Shown here: piece after piece, positions 23,777 to 37,572 of the stretch
Layout of the letters: each line of letters starts with the position of its first letter
How positions within the stretch are numbered: position 1 is the stretch's first letter
Source: Gracilinanus agilis
Taxonomy: Eukaryota
Length of the DNA: 64,000 nt
Assembly: GCF_016433145.1 (NCBI RefSeq)
Contig: NC_058130.1
Location: 84,838,545 to 84,902,544 of the forward strand
Direction of reading: 5' to 3'
The notes under the pieces: generated by a model
Seen by the model: only the letters and a program-made list of their open reading frames with translations
What the model was told of the DNA's origin: nothing
The model's database searches: none
Program-made: the position numbers and the translations under genes

Positions 23777-25366
23777 GACCAAATCTATAGCATACAACAT
23801 GTGATTATCAAAGTCAAAGAGTTGAAAAGCATTTTAAACACTATCTAACCCTATTACATTCTTGACAAATGACCATTCAGCTTCTGCTGGACTATCTCTA
23901 GTAACAGGATCCTTAGTACCTTATAAAGCAGGTCATTCCATTCTGGGGTAGCTCTAATTGTTGAAAAGTATTTCCTTAGCTAGAACCAGAATCAGGCTCC
24001 CTATAACTTCACCTCTTAGTCATAGTTCTCCTCTTTGACCAAGCAGAAGTTTAGTAACCACATCACAACTGTTGAATATTATCTGTCCATTAAAGTGAAT
24101 GATGGAACTGGGTAATGCTGTTTTTTGCTTATTCTCTTTCATTAACAAGTTATAACAATTAAGTAATGATATTTATCTTGGTTCATAAAGTGTCTCCAAA
24201 GAGGCTACTGATATGTCATAGTGCTGAAATTCTCTCTCTGCATCACTCTTTTATTACTCTCTAAAAGCCAAAGAATTTCTTCCTAAAAGTCTAAGGCACA
24301 TCCCTTCATAAGTCTAAATATGAGAAATTGTTAGGCTGAGAGAAATGAAAATCTTTCTCCTGCTACTCCCAAACCTGAATAGGTAAGGCTGGTGATCATC
24401 TGAAGAACCTGAAAACTTGTTGAATGTAATCCTGAATGACTGCAACTGCTGTTGAAGCAATGGTTGGCGGGATGGTTTTCCTGCAGAGACACAATAAATG
24501 GAACATCCCTGAGTCTGAGTCTATCTTTCAGGATGAATATTACATCTCGCCCAATTTGAGGCAATGTCTAGAGACATTGAGGGGAGATGTGATAGAAATA
24601 GAAAAAGTAATGTTGCTCTCATCCATATGGTATATATACATAGGAACACTTAAAAAGAAACAAATCCCAGGTGGAAGTAGCAAGAACACTCTCCATACAA
24701 AAGCTCTGAGAACAGCCTGTAAAAAGAGTAAGAGAAAAACTTGGTGAAATATACCTGGAAAGGCTTCATGAAGGATTTTGAGCTAAGTTTGAAAGAAAGT
24801 AGGAACTATTTCAGGCAGTATAATTGCCATAGGGAAGTTTAACCACACCAAATTTGTTTGGAGAAAAGTGATGGCAGAGAGATTATTGAAAAATAAGTTT
24901 TTTGCAGTGACAGGAAAGTACAGAAATTCTGGTTTAGGGACTTAGGCTTAAGAGAGAAATTGTGATATGGTGGGAAAAAACATAGGAATTGAAGAAAGAG
25001 AGGTATGAATTTGGATCACTATCCAGAAATATATCAGCTTTTTCTGACTATGAACATTTAATTTATCTTAATTTCTACCTCCTCGATTTAATTCTAACAA
25101 ATGGAGATAACAATACCTATAGACCTACTTATCAGGTTCAAACTAGACGAAGCTTGTAGAACACTGAACATGTCAAAAGCATTAGATGAATGTCAAGTAC
25201 TATAAAGAATACTTGTGGAAACACATCCCAACTCCTTGTCTGGTTTCTTCTTGTTCACTTGTAGCCAAGGGCCCCTTAGGGCATAGTAGGAAGGAATAGT
25301 ATAACCTAATTTCACCAAGGTTCTTAAAAAAAAAACTGTCCCTGCTCAAACATTTGGGTAAATATT

Positions 25367-25660
25367 ATTGTTGAGTTGTTTTTCATTCATATCAGATTCT
25401 CCATGATCCCATTTGAGTTTTTCTTGGCAAAAATACTGGAGTGGTTTGTCATTTCCTTCTCCAGCTCATTTCACAGATGAGGAAATTGAGGCTAACAGCA
25501 TTAAGTGACTTGTCCAAGGTCACATAGGTAATAAATGTCTGAGGCTGGATTTGAACTCAAGTCTGCCAATCTGGAAGAGAATGTGAGGCTGATGACTTTA
25601 TGCAACTCTACCTCAAATACAATTTATGCAAGAATCAAAAGATATCACCTGTGTCTTTTG
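25367..25660 (+). mobile_element. MAR1-like (RTE-related) marsupial SINE (repeated at ~30336-30630)
   Basis: ttttcttggcaaaaatactggagtggtttgtcatttccttctccagctcattt...gatgaggaaattgagg signature. Confidence 0.7.
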
Positions 25661-26073
25661 GTTGTCTTTGAATGGCATGTCCTTGATTCCCTCCATTAGG
25701 ATCAATGATGGAAGTCAAACTTAACCAGACCTAACTTGATTTCTCCATCTAGATCAACAATCAGGCCTGTTATTCCTCCTCTAACCCCACCCCCATCATC
25801 ATGAGGAGATCAAGGAGAGACTGAAATATATTAGTTCATCTCATTAGATAATCACCAATGTGTTAGTTAAAATCACTTGGGGTTCTATTTGGAAATATTG
25901 AGCCTCAAGATATGTAGTATCTTACAAACTTCCTGTGGACATGTGGGGAACTTTGAAACTGCATTCCCCGTGATCCAGTGGGTTTCTGGTTTCTGACAAC
26001 AGGAACCAACGTATTAAATTCGAAGGGCCGGCTTGAGACGGTCTCTTTTGGTGGTAACTTTGAAGAGCTTTTA

Positions 26074-26166
26074 CCAGGTGTGTGGTCTTATATATATATA
26101 TATATTTATTTATATATTTATATATATATATATATGGTGTGTGGTCTTATATATATATATATATAT
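26074..26166. repeat. (AT)n-rich tandem repeat abutting gap
   Basis: Unit ggtgtgtggtctt(at)n seen twice, running into Ns. Confidence 0.85.
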
Positions 26167-26586
26167 NNNNNNNNNNNNNNNNNNNNNNNNNNNNNNNNNN
26201 NNNNNNNNNNNNNNNNNNNNNNNNNNNNNNNNNNNNNNNNNNNNNNNNNNNNNNNNNNNNNNNNNNNNNNNNNNNNNNNNNNNNNNNNNNNNNNNNNNNN
26301 NNNNNNNNNNNNNNNNNNNNNNNNNNNNNNNNNNNNNNNNNNNNNNNNNNNNNNNNNNNNNNNNNNNNNNNNNNNNNNNNNNNNNNNNNNNNNNNNNNNN
26401 NNNNNNNNNNNNNNNNNNNNNNNNNNNNNNNNNNNNNNNNNNNNNNNNNNNNNNNNNNNNNNNNNNNNNNNNNNNNNNNNNNNNNNNNNNNNNNNNNNNN
26501 NNNNNNNNNNNNNNNNNNNNNNNNNNNNNNNNNNNNNNNNNNNNNNNNNNNNNNNNNNNNNNNNNNNNNNNNNNNNNNNNNNNNNT
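26167..26586. other. Assembly gap (420 N)
   Basis: Run of N. Confidence 1.
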
Positions 26587-29500
26587 TCTCTCTACATTTT
26601 TGATCTTTGTGACTTTATCAGCTGCACTGGGTTTAATTCTCTCTGTGCAAATATCTCCAAGATTCAGATGCCAGCCCTAGTTTCATTCTTGAGCTTTAAG
26701 AACATATGAGACTGGATTCCTATGGACCATTCAAACCCAAAATATCCAGGAGAGAATTCATTTTCTTCCCTCTCCACCTGCCCTCTTTCAGATTTGCCTA
26801 TTTTTGCTGAGGGTACCACTATTCTTGAGTCTCCCAGGTTCACATCCTCTTTATCCTCCAATCCTCATTCTCCCTCACCCTATCTATTTAACTAGTTCTC
26901 AAATCTTGCAGTTTCTCCCTCAATAATACCTCTTCTCATGTGAACCATTCTCCCTGCTCACACACCTATAACTTTAATTCAGGCCTTATTCATCTCTCAC
27001 TGAAACCATTGCAATAGCCACATAGCTGAGCTCCTTGCCTCAGGGTTGCCCCAGCTCCAGTCTAGTCTCTCTCTATCACTGCCAAAGGAATATTCCTTCA
27101 GCTCAGATGTAAACCCCACACACTACTCTGGTTTTAAAGCTCTTCATAGCCTAGTCCTAACCTCTTTTTCCAGGTTCCTTATACCTTCCTTCTCTTCCTT
27201 CACTCTGCAATCTAGCCAAATTGACCTTCTCACCAATTCCTACACAAAATTCCTTCCCTCTTCTCTCTGCCTTTGCACTGACTGTGCTCCATTCCTGGAA
27301 TACCCTCAGTCCTCACCTCATCTCTGCCTCCTAAAATCCCTCATTTCCTTCAGAACTCATCTCAAACACTACTGTCTATCTTTCTGGGTCCTCCAACTTC
27401 TGGTGTCTTCCCTCCTTCTCCAACTACTTTTGTTTTGAACTACCTTGTATTCGTTGTGTGTTTATTCTGAATAGTCTTAAATATGGACTTGTGTCTGTCC
27501 CCATAGACTTTAAGATCCTTTATATTGGGGACTTTCATTTTTTAAAATTCATATCCCCTGAGCCTGGCCCATAGTAGGCACTTATCAATGCTTATTGCTT
27601 AATTGATTGATTGTAAGTTCTTATATTTAAGGCTGACAATCAGGTCCAGCCCCCTTGTTTTATATATAAGGCAAAGCCAACCTCATTCAGAACTAAATAC
27701 TGGGGAGGTGGGCTGGGGTAGAATAGCTAGGTGACTCAGTGGATTGAGAGCCAGGCCTAGAGACAAGAGGTCCTTGGTTCAAATATGACCTCAGATACTT
27801 CCTAGCTACTTGACCCTCGGCAAGTCATTTAACCCCCACAGTATTCATTCTAAGACAAAAAGGTTAAAAAAAAAAAAAAGGAAATGCTGATTGATTTACG
27901 TACCCAGGGTCACACAAGTAATAAGCATCAGAGCCAAGATTTAAACCTGATCCTGAAACTGCCAAAGTCCCTTGGTCCCACTGTAGTGCAGCCATGAGTT
28001 CCTGACTATATCTTTGTTTTTAATTCCAGGGGATTCTGGATCTTCAAGTTTGAGACAAAAGGAAAGCCATGGACATGACCTCCAAAACCAGAACTGGTAT
28101 AGACCCTTACCATTCCGCTGCAATGCATGCAGCAGGGGCTTCACCCACAAATCTCAGCTTGCCAATCACATTAGAGTCCATAGACCCAAGAAGCACTTTC
28201 AGTGCACGGAGTGTGATAAGAACTTTGCCCAAAAGTCTCGACTGCTCAGGCACCAGTGCCTGCACACAGGTGAGAGGCCCTTTCAGTGCCCCAAGTGTGA
28301 CAAGAGCTTCCACCAGAAGGGGCATCTGCTAAAACACCTGCCCCTTCACACAGGGGAAAGGCCCTTCCGTTGCCCTGACTGTGACAAAAGCTTCCGAGTA
28401 AAGGGTGACATGAAGGCCCACCAGCGCCGGCATAGGGAGGAAAAGCCATTTTCCTGTAGTGAATGTGGTAAAGGCTTCACCACGCATCATTATCTTACTG
28501 ATCACATCAGAATCCACACAGGTGAAAGGCCTTTCCAATGCCCAGAGTGTGGCAAGAGCTTCCGAGTAAAGGGCGACATGAAGGCCCACCAGCGAAGACA
28601 TATCAAGCCCCGGTCATTCTGCTGCAGTGAATGTGATGAGAAATTCCACAAGCAATCTGAACTCACAGACCACATTAAGGTGCACACAAAGAAACAGCAC
28701 TACAGGGCTTTGCTGTTTGGACTGATGGATCTTGATTGGAGTTGAGACCAAATCTATAGCATACAACATGTGATTATCAAAGTCAAAGAGTTGAAAAGCA
28801 TTTCAAACACTATCTAACCCTATTACATTCTTGACAAATGACCATTCAGCTTCTGCTGGACTATCTCTAGTAACAGGATCCTTAGTACCTTATAAAGCAG
28901 GTCATTCCATTCTGGGGTAGCTCTAATTGTTGAAAAGTATTTCCTTAGCTAGAACCAGAATCAGGCTCCCTATAACTTCACCTCTTAGTCATAGTTCTCC
29001 TCTTTGACCAAGCAGAAGTTTAGTAACCACATCACAACTGTTGAATATTATCTGTCCATTAAAGTGAATGATGGAACTGGGTAATGCTGTTTTTTGCTTA
29101 TTCTCTTTCATTAACAAGTTATAACAATTAAGTAATGATATTTATCTTGGTTCATAAAGTGTCTCCAAAGAGGCTACTGATATGTCATAGTGCTGAAATT
29201 CTCTCTCTGCATCACTCTTTTATTACTCTCTAAAAGCCAAAGAATTTCTTCCTAAAAGTCTAAGGCACATCCCTTCATAAGTCTAAATATGAGAAATTGT
29301 TAGGCTGAGAGAAATGAAAATCTTTCTCCTGCTACTCCCAAACCTGAATAGGTAAGGCTGGTGATCATCTGAAGAACCTGAAAACTTGTTGAATGTAATC
29401 CTGAATGACTGCAACTGCTGTTGAAGCAATGGTTGGCGGGATGGTTTTCCTGCAGAGACACAATAAATGGAACATCCCTGAGTCTGAGTCTATCTTTCAG

Positions 29501-31042
29501 GATGAATATTACATCTCGCCCAATTTGAGGCAATGTCTAGAGACATTGAGGGGAGATGTGATAGAAATAGAAAAAGTAATGTTGCTCTCATCCATATGTT
29601 ATATATACATAGGAACACTTAAAAAGAAACAAATCCCAGGTGGAAGTAGCAAGAACACTCTCCATACAAAAGCTCTGAGAACAGCCTGTAAAAAGAGTAA
29701 GAGAAAAACTTGGTGAAATATACCTGGAAAGGCTTCATGAAGGATTTTGAGCTAAGTTTGAAAGAAAGTAGGAACTATTTCAGGCAGTATAATTGCCATA
29801 GGGAAGTTTAACCACACCAAATTTGTTTGGAGAAAAGTGATGGCAGAGAGATTATTGAAAAATAAGTTTTTTGCAGTGACAGGAAAGTACAGAAATTCTG
29901 GTTTAGGGACTTAGGCTTAAGAGAGAAATTGTGATATGGTGGGAAAAAACATAGGAATTGAAGAAAGAGAGGTATGAATTTGGATCACTACCCAGAAATA
30001 TATCAGCTTTTTCTGACTATGAACATTTAATTTATCTTAATTTCTACCTCCTCGATTTAATTCTAACAAATGGAGATAACAATACCTATAGACCTACTTA
30101 TCAGGTTCAAACTAGACGAAGCTTGTAGAACACTGAACATGTCAAAAGCATTAGATGAATGTCAAGTACTATAAAGAATACTTGTGGAAACACATCCCAA
30201 CTCCTTGTCTGGTTTCTTCTTGTTCACTTGTAGCCAAGGGCCCCTTAGGGCATAGTAGGAAGGAATAGTATAACCTAATTTCACCAAGGTTCTTAAAAAA
30301 AAAACTGTCCCTGCTCAAACATTTGGGTAAATATTATTGTTGAGTTGTTTTTCATTCATATCAGATTCTCCATGATCCCATTTGAGTTTTTCTTGGCAAA
30401 AATACTGGAGTGGTTTGTCATTTCCTTCTCCAGCTCATTTCACAGATGAGGAAATTGAGGCTAACAGCATTAAGTGACTTGTCCAAGGTCACATAGGTAA
30501 TAAATGTCTGAGGCTGGATTTGAACTCAAGTCTGCCAATCTGGAAGAGAATGTGAGGCTGATGACTTTATGCAACTCTACCTCAAATACAATTTATGCAA
30601 GAATCAAAAGATATCACCTGTGTCTTTTGGTTGTCTTTGAATGGCATGTCCTTGATTCCCTCCATTAGGATCAATGATGGAAGTCAAACTTAACCAGACC
30701 TAACTTGATTTCTCCATCTAGATCAACAATCAGGCCTGTTATTCCTCCTCTAACCCCACCCCCATCATCATGAGGAGATCAAGGAGAGACTGAAATATAT
30801 TAGTTCATCTCATTAGATAATCACCAATGTGTTAGTTAAAATCACTTGGGGTTCTATTTGGAAATATTGAGCCTCAAGATATGTAGTATCTTACAAACTT
30901 CCTGTGGACATGTGGGGAACTTTGAAACTGCATTCCCCGTGATCCAGTGGGTTTCTGGTTTCTGACAACAGGAACCAACGTATTAAATTCGAAGGGCCGG
31001 CTTGAGACGGTCTCTTTTGGTGGTAACTTTGAAGAGCTTTTA
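26587..31042 (+). repeat. Copy 2 of ~4.45-kb duplication
   Basis: Begins exactly at the end of gap 1 and ends exactly at the start of gap 2. Confidence 0.95.
28030..28745 (+). CDS. Duplicate of gene A ZF exon (same protein); probably an assembly artefact
   Basis: Identical translation, one synonymous CTC>CTA change seen; no upstream KRAB exons of its own. Confidence 0.4.
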
Positions 31043-31171
31043 NNNNNNNNNNNNNNNNNNNNNNNNNNNNNNNNNNNNNNNNNNNNNNNNNNNNNNNNNN
31101 NNNNNNNNNNNNNNNNNNNNNNNNNNNNNNNNNNNNNNNNNNNNNNNNNNNNNNNNNNNNNNNNNNNNNNN
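31043..31171. other. Assembly gap (129 N)
   Basis: Run of N. Confidence 1.
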
Positions 31172-31392
31172 CAATAAAAATATTATTTTCTCTTGTAATA
31201 TCAGCCTTTATCATTTTTAATCATTATACCAATTAGAAATGTCTTGGGCTGTCTAGGGAGGGCTGAATAATGAGCTTGCAGATATGTATTTAAATGATTC
31301 AAGACTCTGGATGAATTGTCCATGATCACTGAGATATTGTGGACCTTAATTATTGGTTATTGCTAGCCTAATCAATAAAATGATTAAAAAAA

Positions 31393-31580
31393 AACTTAAT
31401 TTTCTGTCTTAGAATCAACACTAAGTATTGATTCTAAGGCAGAAGAGCAGGTTAATGGCTAGGCAATTGGAGTTAAGTTCCCCAGAGTCAAAAAGCTGGG
31501 AAATATCTGAAACCAGATTTGAACCCAGAACCTCCTGTATTTAGGCCTGGTTCTCTATCCACTGAGCTATCTAGCTGCCC
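31393..31580 (-). mobile_element. Marsupial SINE
   Basis: Ends ...ccactgagctatctagctgcccc, the reverse complement of the SINE head. Confidence 0.8.
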
Positions 31581-31789
31581 CAATAAATTGATTTTTCTTA
31601 TCCAGAACCCAGTCTCTCAGAATTTTTACACATCACAGTTCTTAGTGAACTACCTCCAAACAGATCCACATGGGCATATATAACTTACATGGGCAAAGCA
31701 CACAGATTACAAGACAGATCTCTTACATTTATAGTTAGGATGCAAGCAAAACTGGATATATTTAGACATACATATATATATATATATAT

Positions 31790-32480
31790 ATATAAAACAG
31801 ACTTGATGATCCCAAAAGATCTTGATAGATTAGGACCTAATTGTCTTACTCTAAATATAAAATGTTAAGTTTTGCACTTGAATTCAAAAAATCAACTTCA
31901 CAAATACAAGTTAAGGAAAGCATGGTTGGATGGACATTTTTCTAAAAGAAATGTGGAAATTTTATTGAACTGCCAGCTCAATGGTAACCAATAATGTGAT
32001 GTAACAGTCAAAAAAAGTGTGTTCTTGGGCAGTCATAGCAGTAATAAGAAGGTCCCACCATACTGGACCCTAGACAGACCACATCTGAAACATGGATTTC
32101 AGTTACAGGTAGCATATTCTAGGATAATGATAAAGTTGGAAAGTATCTAAAAGGACAAGGATGGGCAAGACTAACAGGTGAAATTAGTGCTAGACAATTA
32201 GAGATATAAGAACAAGTTAGATGACCTGACCTAAAGAATAGTCATTAAAGAGGCTTTGTCAAGCAGAAGAGAAAATTTGGAAAATGTGATAGCTGTGCAA
32301 TTATCTGAAGGGCTTTCATTTGGAAAAGAAATTAGGCTTTCCCCTCCTCTGTTTGGCCCCAAAGAACAAACCTTGGAATCATTATGCATGGAAATTACAA
32401 GACAAATTGAGACTTTGGGTGGGAAAACAAGCAAACAATTAGAAATTTCCAAAAGTGGGATATGCTGCCTTTGGAGACGT
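31790..32480 (+). mobile_element. CR1/L3 LINE 3' remnant
   Basis: ttttgcacttgaattcaaaaaatcaacttcacaaatacaag and agaccacatctgaaa...ttcagtt (RPHLEY-like) are typical of CR1/L3 ORF2 3' ends. Confidence 0.65.
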
Positions 32481-32489
32481 TGATTTGAT

Positions 32490-32730
32490 GAGTCATTTCA
32501 GTTGTGTCTGGCTCTGTGACCCCATTTTAGGGTTTTCTTGACAAAGATACCAGAATGATTTGTCATTTCCCTCTCCAGCTCATTTTACAGATGAGGAACT
32601 GAGGTAAAAGGAATTAAGTCACTTGCCCAGGTCACTCAGCTAGTTGTCTAAGGCCTAACTTGAACTCATGAAGATGTCTTCCTAATTCTAAACTCAGGGC
32701 TCTATCCACTGTGCCACCTAGTTGCCCTTG
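32490..32730 (+). mobile_element. MAR1-like SINE
   Basis: ttttcttgacaaagataccagaatgatttgtcatttccctctccagctcattttacagatgagg. Confidence 0.7.
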
Positions 32731-33419
32731 GAGTTCTGTCATGTTGTAGGTCTTCAAGTAAATGCTATATCACAACTTGTCAGATAAATTTTAGTGAAAA
32801 TTATTTTTCAGGTATGAGTTGGAATAAATGACTACTGATTATTTCCACCTTTGAGATTCTGTGATTCTGTATCTTTATCTGGATGGATGGCAAATTCAAC
32901 ATATTCTAAGTTATTTTTGCCCATCTTTCCATCAAACTTCTCTTTTTCTGTTAAAAGCACAACCAGTTTACCTCTCCTCCAGGTTCCCAGCCTTGGAGAC
33001 TTCTTGACTCTTTTCCTCCCTATCACTCTCACATATCCAATTAGTTGCCCAGTAGTGCTAAATCTTTCTTATCCATCCTCTTCTCTCTATTCATTAAATC
33101 ATAAGTTTTTTGAAGTCTGGGATTGTCTTTTTTTTTTTAACTTTAATACAATGTCTGGTACATAAAAAAAACTCTTTAAATTGATCTATATATGTATATA
33201 TTTATAATGCATAACATGTGTCTTCATATAGAACATTCTTTATCTCCTACCAATAAAAAGTAAGCTCCTTGAAAACACCTCAGATTTTTCTGTCTCTGGT
33301 GTCTAGCACTGTGCATTTAGCACATAGTAAGTATTTAGTAAATTTATTTTGTTTATTTTTTTTAATGAGTTGACGGTAAGAGTTTTTAGGACAGCAATAG
33401 AACCGGACTGAAGAGAAGC

Positions 33420-34330
33420 CAAGAAAAGAAGGGCGGGGCCGGGAGAGGGCTAGGCAGGAGTGGGGCCGAGACACCCCGGCAGGAGGGGCGGGGCCGGGAG
33501 AAAACTGGGCGAGGAGGTGCAGGGCCCAGAGACACCCCAGCAGGAGGAGCGGAGAGGGGTTGGGTCCTGCTCAGGGGCCTTTCCCCTCCGGCCGCAGGGG
33601 GCGCTGTGAGGGTGATGGGGCTTCGAGGCGGGGAAGGGGCGGCCCCTCCCTTCGGCCGGCTGGGCGCCCATCCCGGCTGCAGCACGGGTCCCAGTGCGTG
33701 GTGCAGGCGGAGTGGACCAACCGCACCTCCGGATACTCGGCTCTAGGCCGGAAGAGACGAGGAGGCCATGCCCCAAGGGGCGCCTGCTCCGGTAAGACCG
33801 GCCACTGGCAGCCAAGGCCGAAGGCGGGGCAGGAGACCCAGGAGGGAGGCGGAGCTCTCGGGGAGGGCCTGCGGCCTGCCGGAGGTACGGCTTCCGGGCT
33901 TGGGCCCGACACCGCACCTGGGAGGAGCCGTCGAGGCCTCACCTCCTCTTCTTACAGAGATAGAAACAGAAACCGAGGCCGGGGGAGACGGAGTCTCTCC
34001 ACCAACCCGAGCAGATACAGGATTTGTACTGGTCCCACACGGCGCCCTGAGGCCCGGGCGTAGGAGGACCGACGCTAGGGCCGGGCTTGCAAGGGAAGTG
34101 GGGGGCGCAGCAGCCGTCCGGGAGAGGGCGCAAAGAGGCTCTAGGGGAGGATTGCCGCCGCGCCACTACGGGTCCCAGGCTAGCGGCCACGTGGGGAGGA
34201 AGCGCTTGGCCGTAACCGCGTGAAACAAAACTAAATATTCCTTGACTGGCTGGCCCTTTTCAGCCTCAGACCTCAGGGCCGTAAAGGGCGCGGTGCCTTA
34301 AAGCCCTAGCCCACCTTTTTTTTTTTTTTG
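33420..34330 (+). promoter_or_regulatory. CpG island promoter / intron-1 island of gene B
   Basis: High CpG content, GC boxes, homology to the gene A promoter, CACGTG at ~34188. Confidence 0.85.
33768..33791 (+). CDS. Gene B coding exon 1 (MPQGAPAP)
   Basis: gccATG context, donor CG/GTAAGA. Confidence 0.85.
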
Positions 34331-35019
34331 GTCCTGTCAGTAATGTTAGTTTTTTTTACTAATAAGTAAAAGCCATTTGGGGCTTTCCCTTTTTTAAATA
34401 TTTAAAGTTTCGCATACTCTCACATTCCGGCCCACCTTATTTAACCCGGTGAGAAATCTGCGACCTATAGGCCACAGATGAGGACATTGAGCAGTTATTA
34501 AGTGCCTGCTCTGTGCAAGGGGTCACAGGAAGTGTAGGGAACTTGGAGTAAGCCAGTTTGGGTGTACACTGGGTGAGGTGGGGAAGCTGGATTATTCCGT
34601 GCTCTCTCCATTCTCACCTATCATCATCGGCCTGCCTTTGAAACAAGCCTTGGTGTATGGTTTCAGAAAGGCCGAAGCAGGCTGCCCAGGAGAGGAAGGT
34701 CGGGGTCCCTGAAAGTATAGAAAAAGGACCCTGTGAGCCAACGTCCTTGGGCAGTAGGAGGCGCTCATATGGGTAGCCCACACTTTGTCCAAGCATTCTC
34801 TGAGGTTAAGAAGCTGCCCAGCTGGTTCAGATTAGTGTGATTGGTGCCTTATCCATCTGGGAGTTCTGGCTTCAGGGGCACTCATCCATACCCCTAGGCA
34901 GCTTCCTCCAGCCCCCACAAAGACTCAACTTGGAGAATCCACCTCTTCAGGAAGCCTTCCTGGACACTGCTGCCTACATGGGTGGCTTTCTGCCTATTCT
35001 CTCTCTTGTCTCCTTCCTT

Positions 35020-37080
35020 CATAAACTGCCTTTCAAATAGATGAACTAGTATTTGCTGTTGTCTTTTTAAGTGCCAGGCACTGTACTAAGCACTGGAGTA
35101 CAAAGACAATACACCCTCCACTCAAGGAACTTCTGTTCTAATGGAGAAGAAAACATGCATAAATTCCCATATATCCAAGATTCAAAGTGGATCCAATACC
35201 CAGAAACTTTAGAGAAGACATTCAAAGCTGGTATTTGGGAGAAAGGGCACAAGAGGAGAAACAAGAAAGGCCTTCGGGTGGCTACTTAAGATAAGTTTTG
35301 AAGAGAGCCAAGAATTTCAAAAGGTAGAAGTGAGGAAAGAGCATTCCAAGCAAGGAGGATAGCCAGTGGAGGCATGGAGGTGGGACATGGAGTTTCCTGT
35401 GTGAAGAACATCAAGTAGACCAGGACTCCAGAGGGCCAGGAGAGGAGTAATGTATAATAAAACTAAAATGATAGAAAGAGGACACGTTTTACATGCCAAA
35501 TAATATAATATTTCATCCTTCAGGTAATAGAGAGCCACTGGAATTTTTTAAGCAATAGGAAAGGAATAAGATAACTCAACATTGTTCACGAGGATTATGA
35601 ATTTCTCATGTAAATACCACCTACACCCTGAAAAATGAATTCATTACATATACAGGAAAGGAAATAGATTTACTATTGGAACGCAAAACCACATTTTAGG
35701 CTTTAATGAATCATGATTTGGGGTTTTAGGAGAAGCAGTCCAACTCGGCTGTTTGCCTTGGACTTTGGAAAGTAATCAGATCTTTTATAAAGACCTTTTC
35801 CCACCCCTTAAAAGAGAATAAACTGACTCCCGCAGCTTTTGTGCTTGGAAATTTTTAATCCACTTTATAAATCTCCAGATTCTCTTCATCAGAATGACAA
35901 AGTGACGCCATTTTTCATACTGAATTTACTCCGATTTAATTATTCCCTTTCCAAAATATTTGTATTTGTATCCATTTTTCTTGCCGTATGAGTCAGCTTT
36001 TCAAAATACTTGAATTATGTCCAGCTCCCTAATGGACCTTCCTCTCTGTCTTACTGTCTCCTAGAAAATTTTAAATGCCTGTTCTTTTTATTTGCCACTG
36101 GCATATTAGAAAGATTTGATTGATACAGCATGAGGGAAGAGGACTGTTCTGTTCATCTGACTTACCACAGAAAACTTGATGGCTAATTAGATATTCAAGG
36201 AATGAGGAGTGAAAAAGCAGGGATCACTAACATTTCAGACTTGGGTTTTCTGGAAGAATGGCTTATGCCAGAAATATTATGAGGAAGAGTAAGTTTAAGA
36301 GAGAAGTAACAAATTCTGTTTTGGACATGATTGTTTAAGATAGTATCCACGTAGAGATCTCCTGCAAGCAGATGAAGTAGAACCAGAATTCAGGAGCAAA
36401 GGAGAGTGGTATATGTAGATTGGGAAATTATCTGTATGGAAAAGATAATTGACATGCAAACTGATAAGATCTGCAAGAGAATGTAGAAAGTGAAATACCC
36501 AAGCTAAGACCTAGAATACTCTCATTAAGGGGCAGAACTTGGATAATGATCCTTCAAAGAAGACTGAGAAGTAGTTGGACAAATTAGAGAATGACTGGAA
36601 GAGCACAATCTCAGTGCAGTTCCCCAAAGAGAGAATACCTAGGAGGAGAGGGTTGTCATCAGGGTCAGTGTTCTAACATGGAAAATAAGCCAAGAAGGAT
36701 GGGGGCCAAGAAAAGAGAACAGGATCAGTCAAGTGCTAAGGTTGAGAAATGAGTAGAAATTAAAGGAGTAAAGGCAGTGAATACAGATAGCTTCTTCACA
36801 GTTTGGCTGAAAAAGATAAGAGGAATAGAAGACTAGTTTGAGGATGTGGTATAGTCAAGTGAAGGTTCTTTTTTAAACTTGAGTGAGATTTAAACATTTA
36901 TAGGCAACTGGGGAGGAACCAGGAAATAAGAGACCAAAACTAAGAAAGAATGAGGAATGATTAAAGGAATAAACTTCCAAAGAACACAATTTGCTTGGCA
37001 CCTCTTCTAAGACTAGAACAAAGGAGGAGAGAATGGGTGTGATAGAGATTTTAGAATGTAAAATGAGGTTGGGATAGATG
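35020..37080 (-). mobile_element. L2 remnants (interrupted)
   Basis: gtgccaggcactgtactaagcactggag..acaaag L2 3' end signature at ~35070 and purine-rich L2 body at 36.2-37.1 kb. Confidence 0.6.
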
Positions 37081-37390
37081 GTCTCGGTGTTTTTTGTAAG
37101 GCATAAGCCAGAGTCTTATGTTGATGTGGTCTGGTGTGGATGGGTTGGCTGGGGACCAGATGGCAAGAGGATTAGTATTTGGCCACTGGGCCTGGTTTGG
37201 GCTTGATGGAAAGGAACAGGATGAGATATCAGAGTAGGATTTTTAAATTTGAGACCCAAAAGGAACTTAAAGATTGTATGGTACAACTGCCTCATTTTAT
37301 AGAAGGGGAAACAGGTTGGTGACTTCCCAAGGCTCTCAAGCTATACCTAGGAAATTTTTTTCTCCATTGGATAACAGGTGTTAGATTGTT

Positions 37391-37572
37391 GTTTTTTTAA
37401 ACCCTTAACGTCTGTGTATTGGTTTCTAGGTGGAAGAGTGGTAAGGGTGGGCAATGGGGGTCAAGTGACTTGCCCAGGGTCACACAGCTGGGAAGTGTCT
37501 GAGGCCGGATTTGAACCTAGGACCTCCTGTCTCTAGGTCTGACTCAATCCACTGAGCTACCCAGCTGTCCCC
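37391..37572 (-). mobile_element. Young SINE1_Mdo-like SINE
   Basis: Full head and tail; TSD tgttagattgtt (37379-37390, 37573-37584). Confidence 0.9.

Larger units (their letters stand above)
21618..26073 (+). repeat. Copy 1 of ~4.45-kb near-identical direct duplication
   Basis: Matches 26587-31042 at offset 4969; I noticed only about four substitutions. Confidence 0.95.

Noticed and set aside
24436-24747. 103-aa ORF (and its copy at 29405)
   Set aside because: No domain, no splice support, lies in repeat-like 3' flank; the second copy is just the duplication.
25978-31220. Long ORFs containing X
   Set aside because: They span N-gaps and (AT)n repeats.
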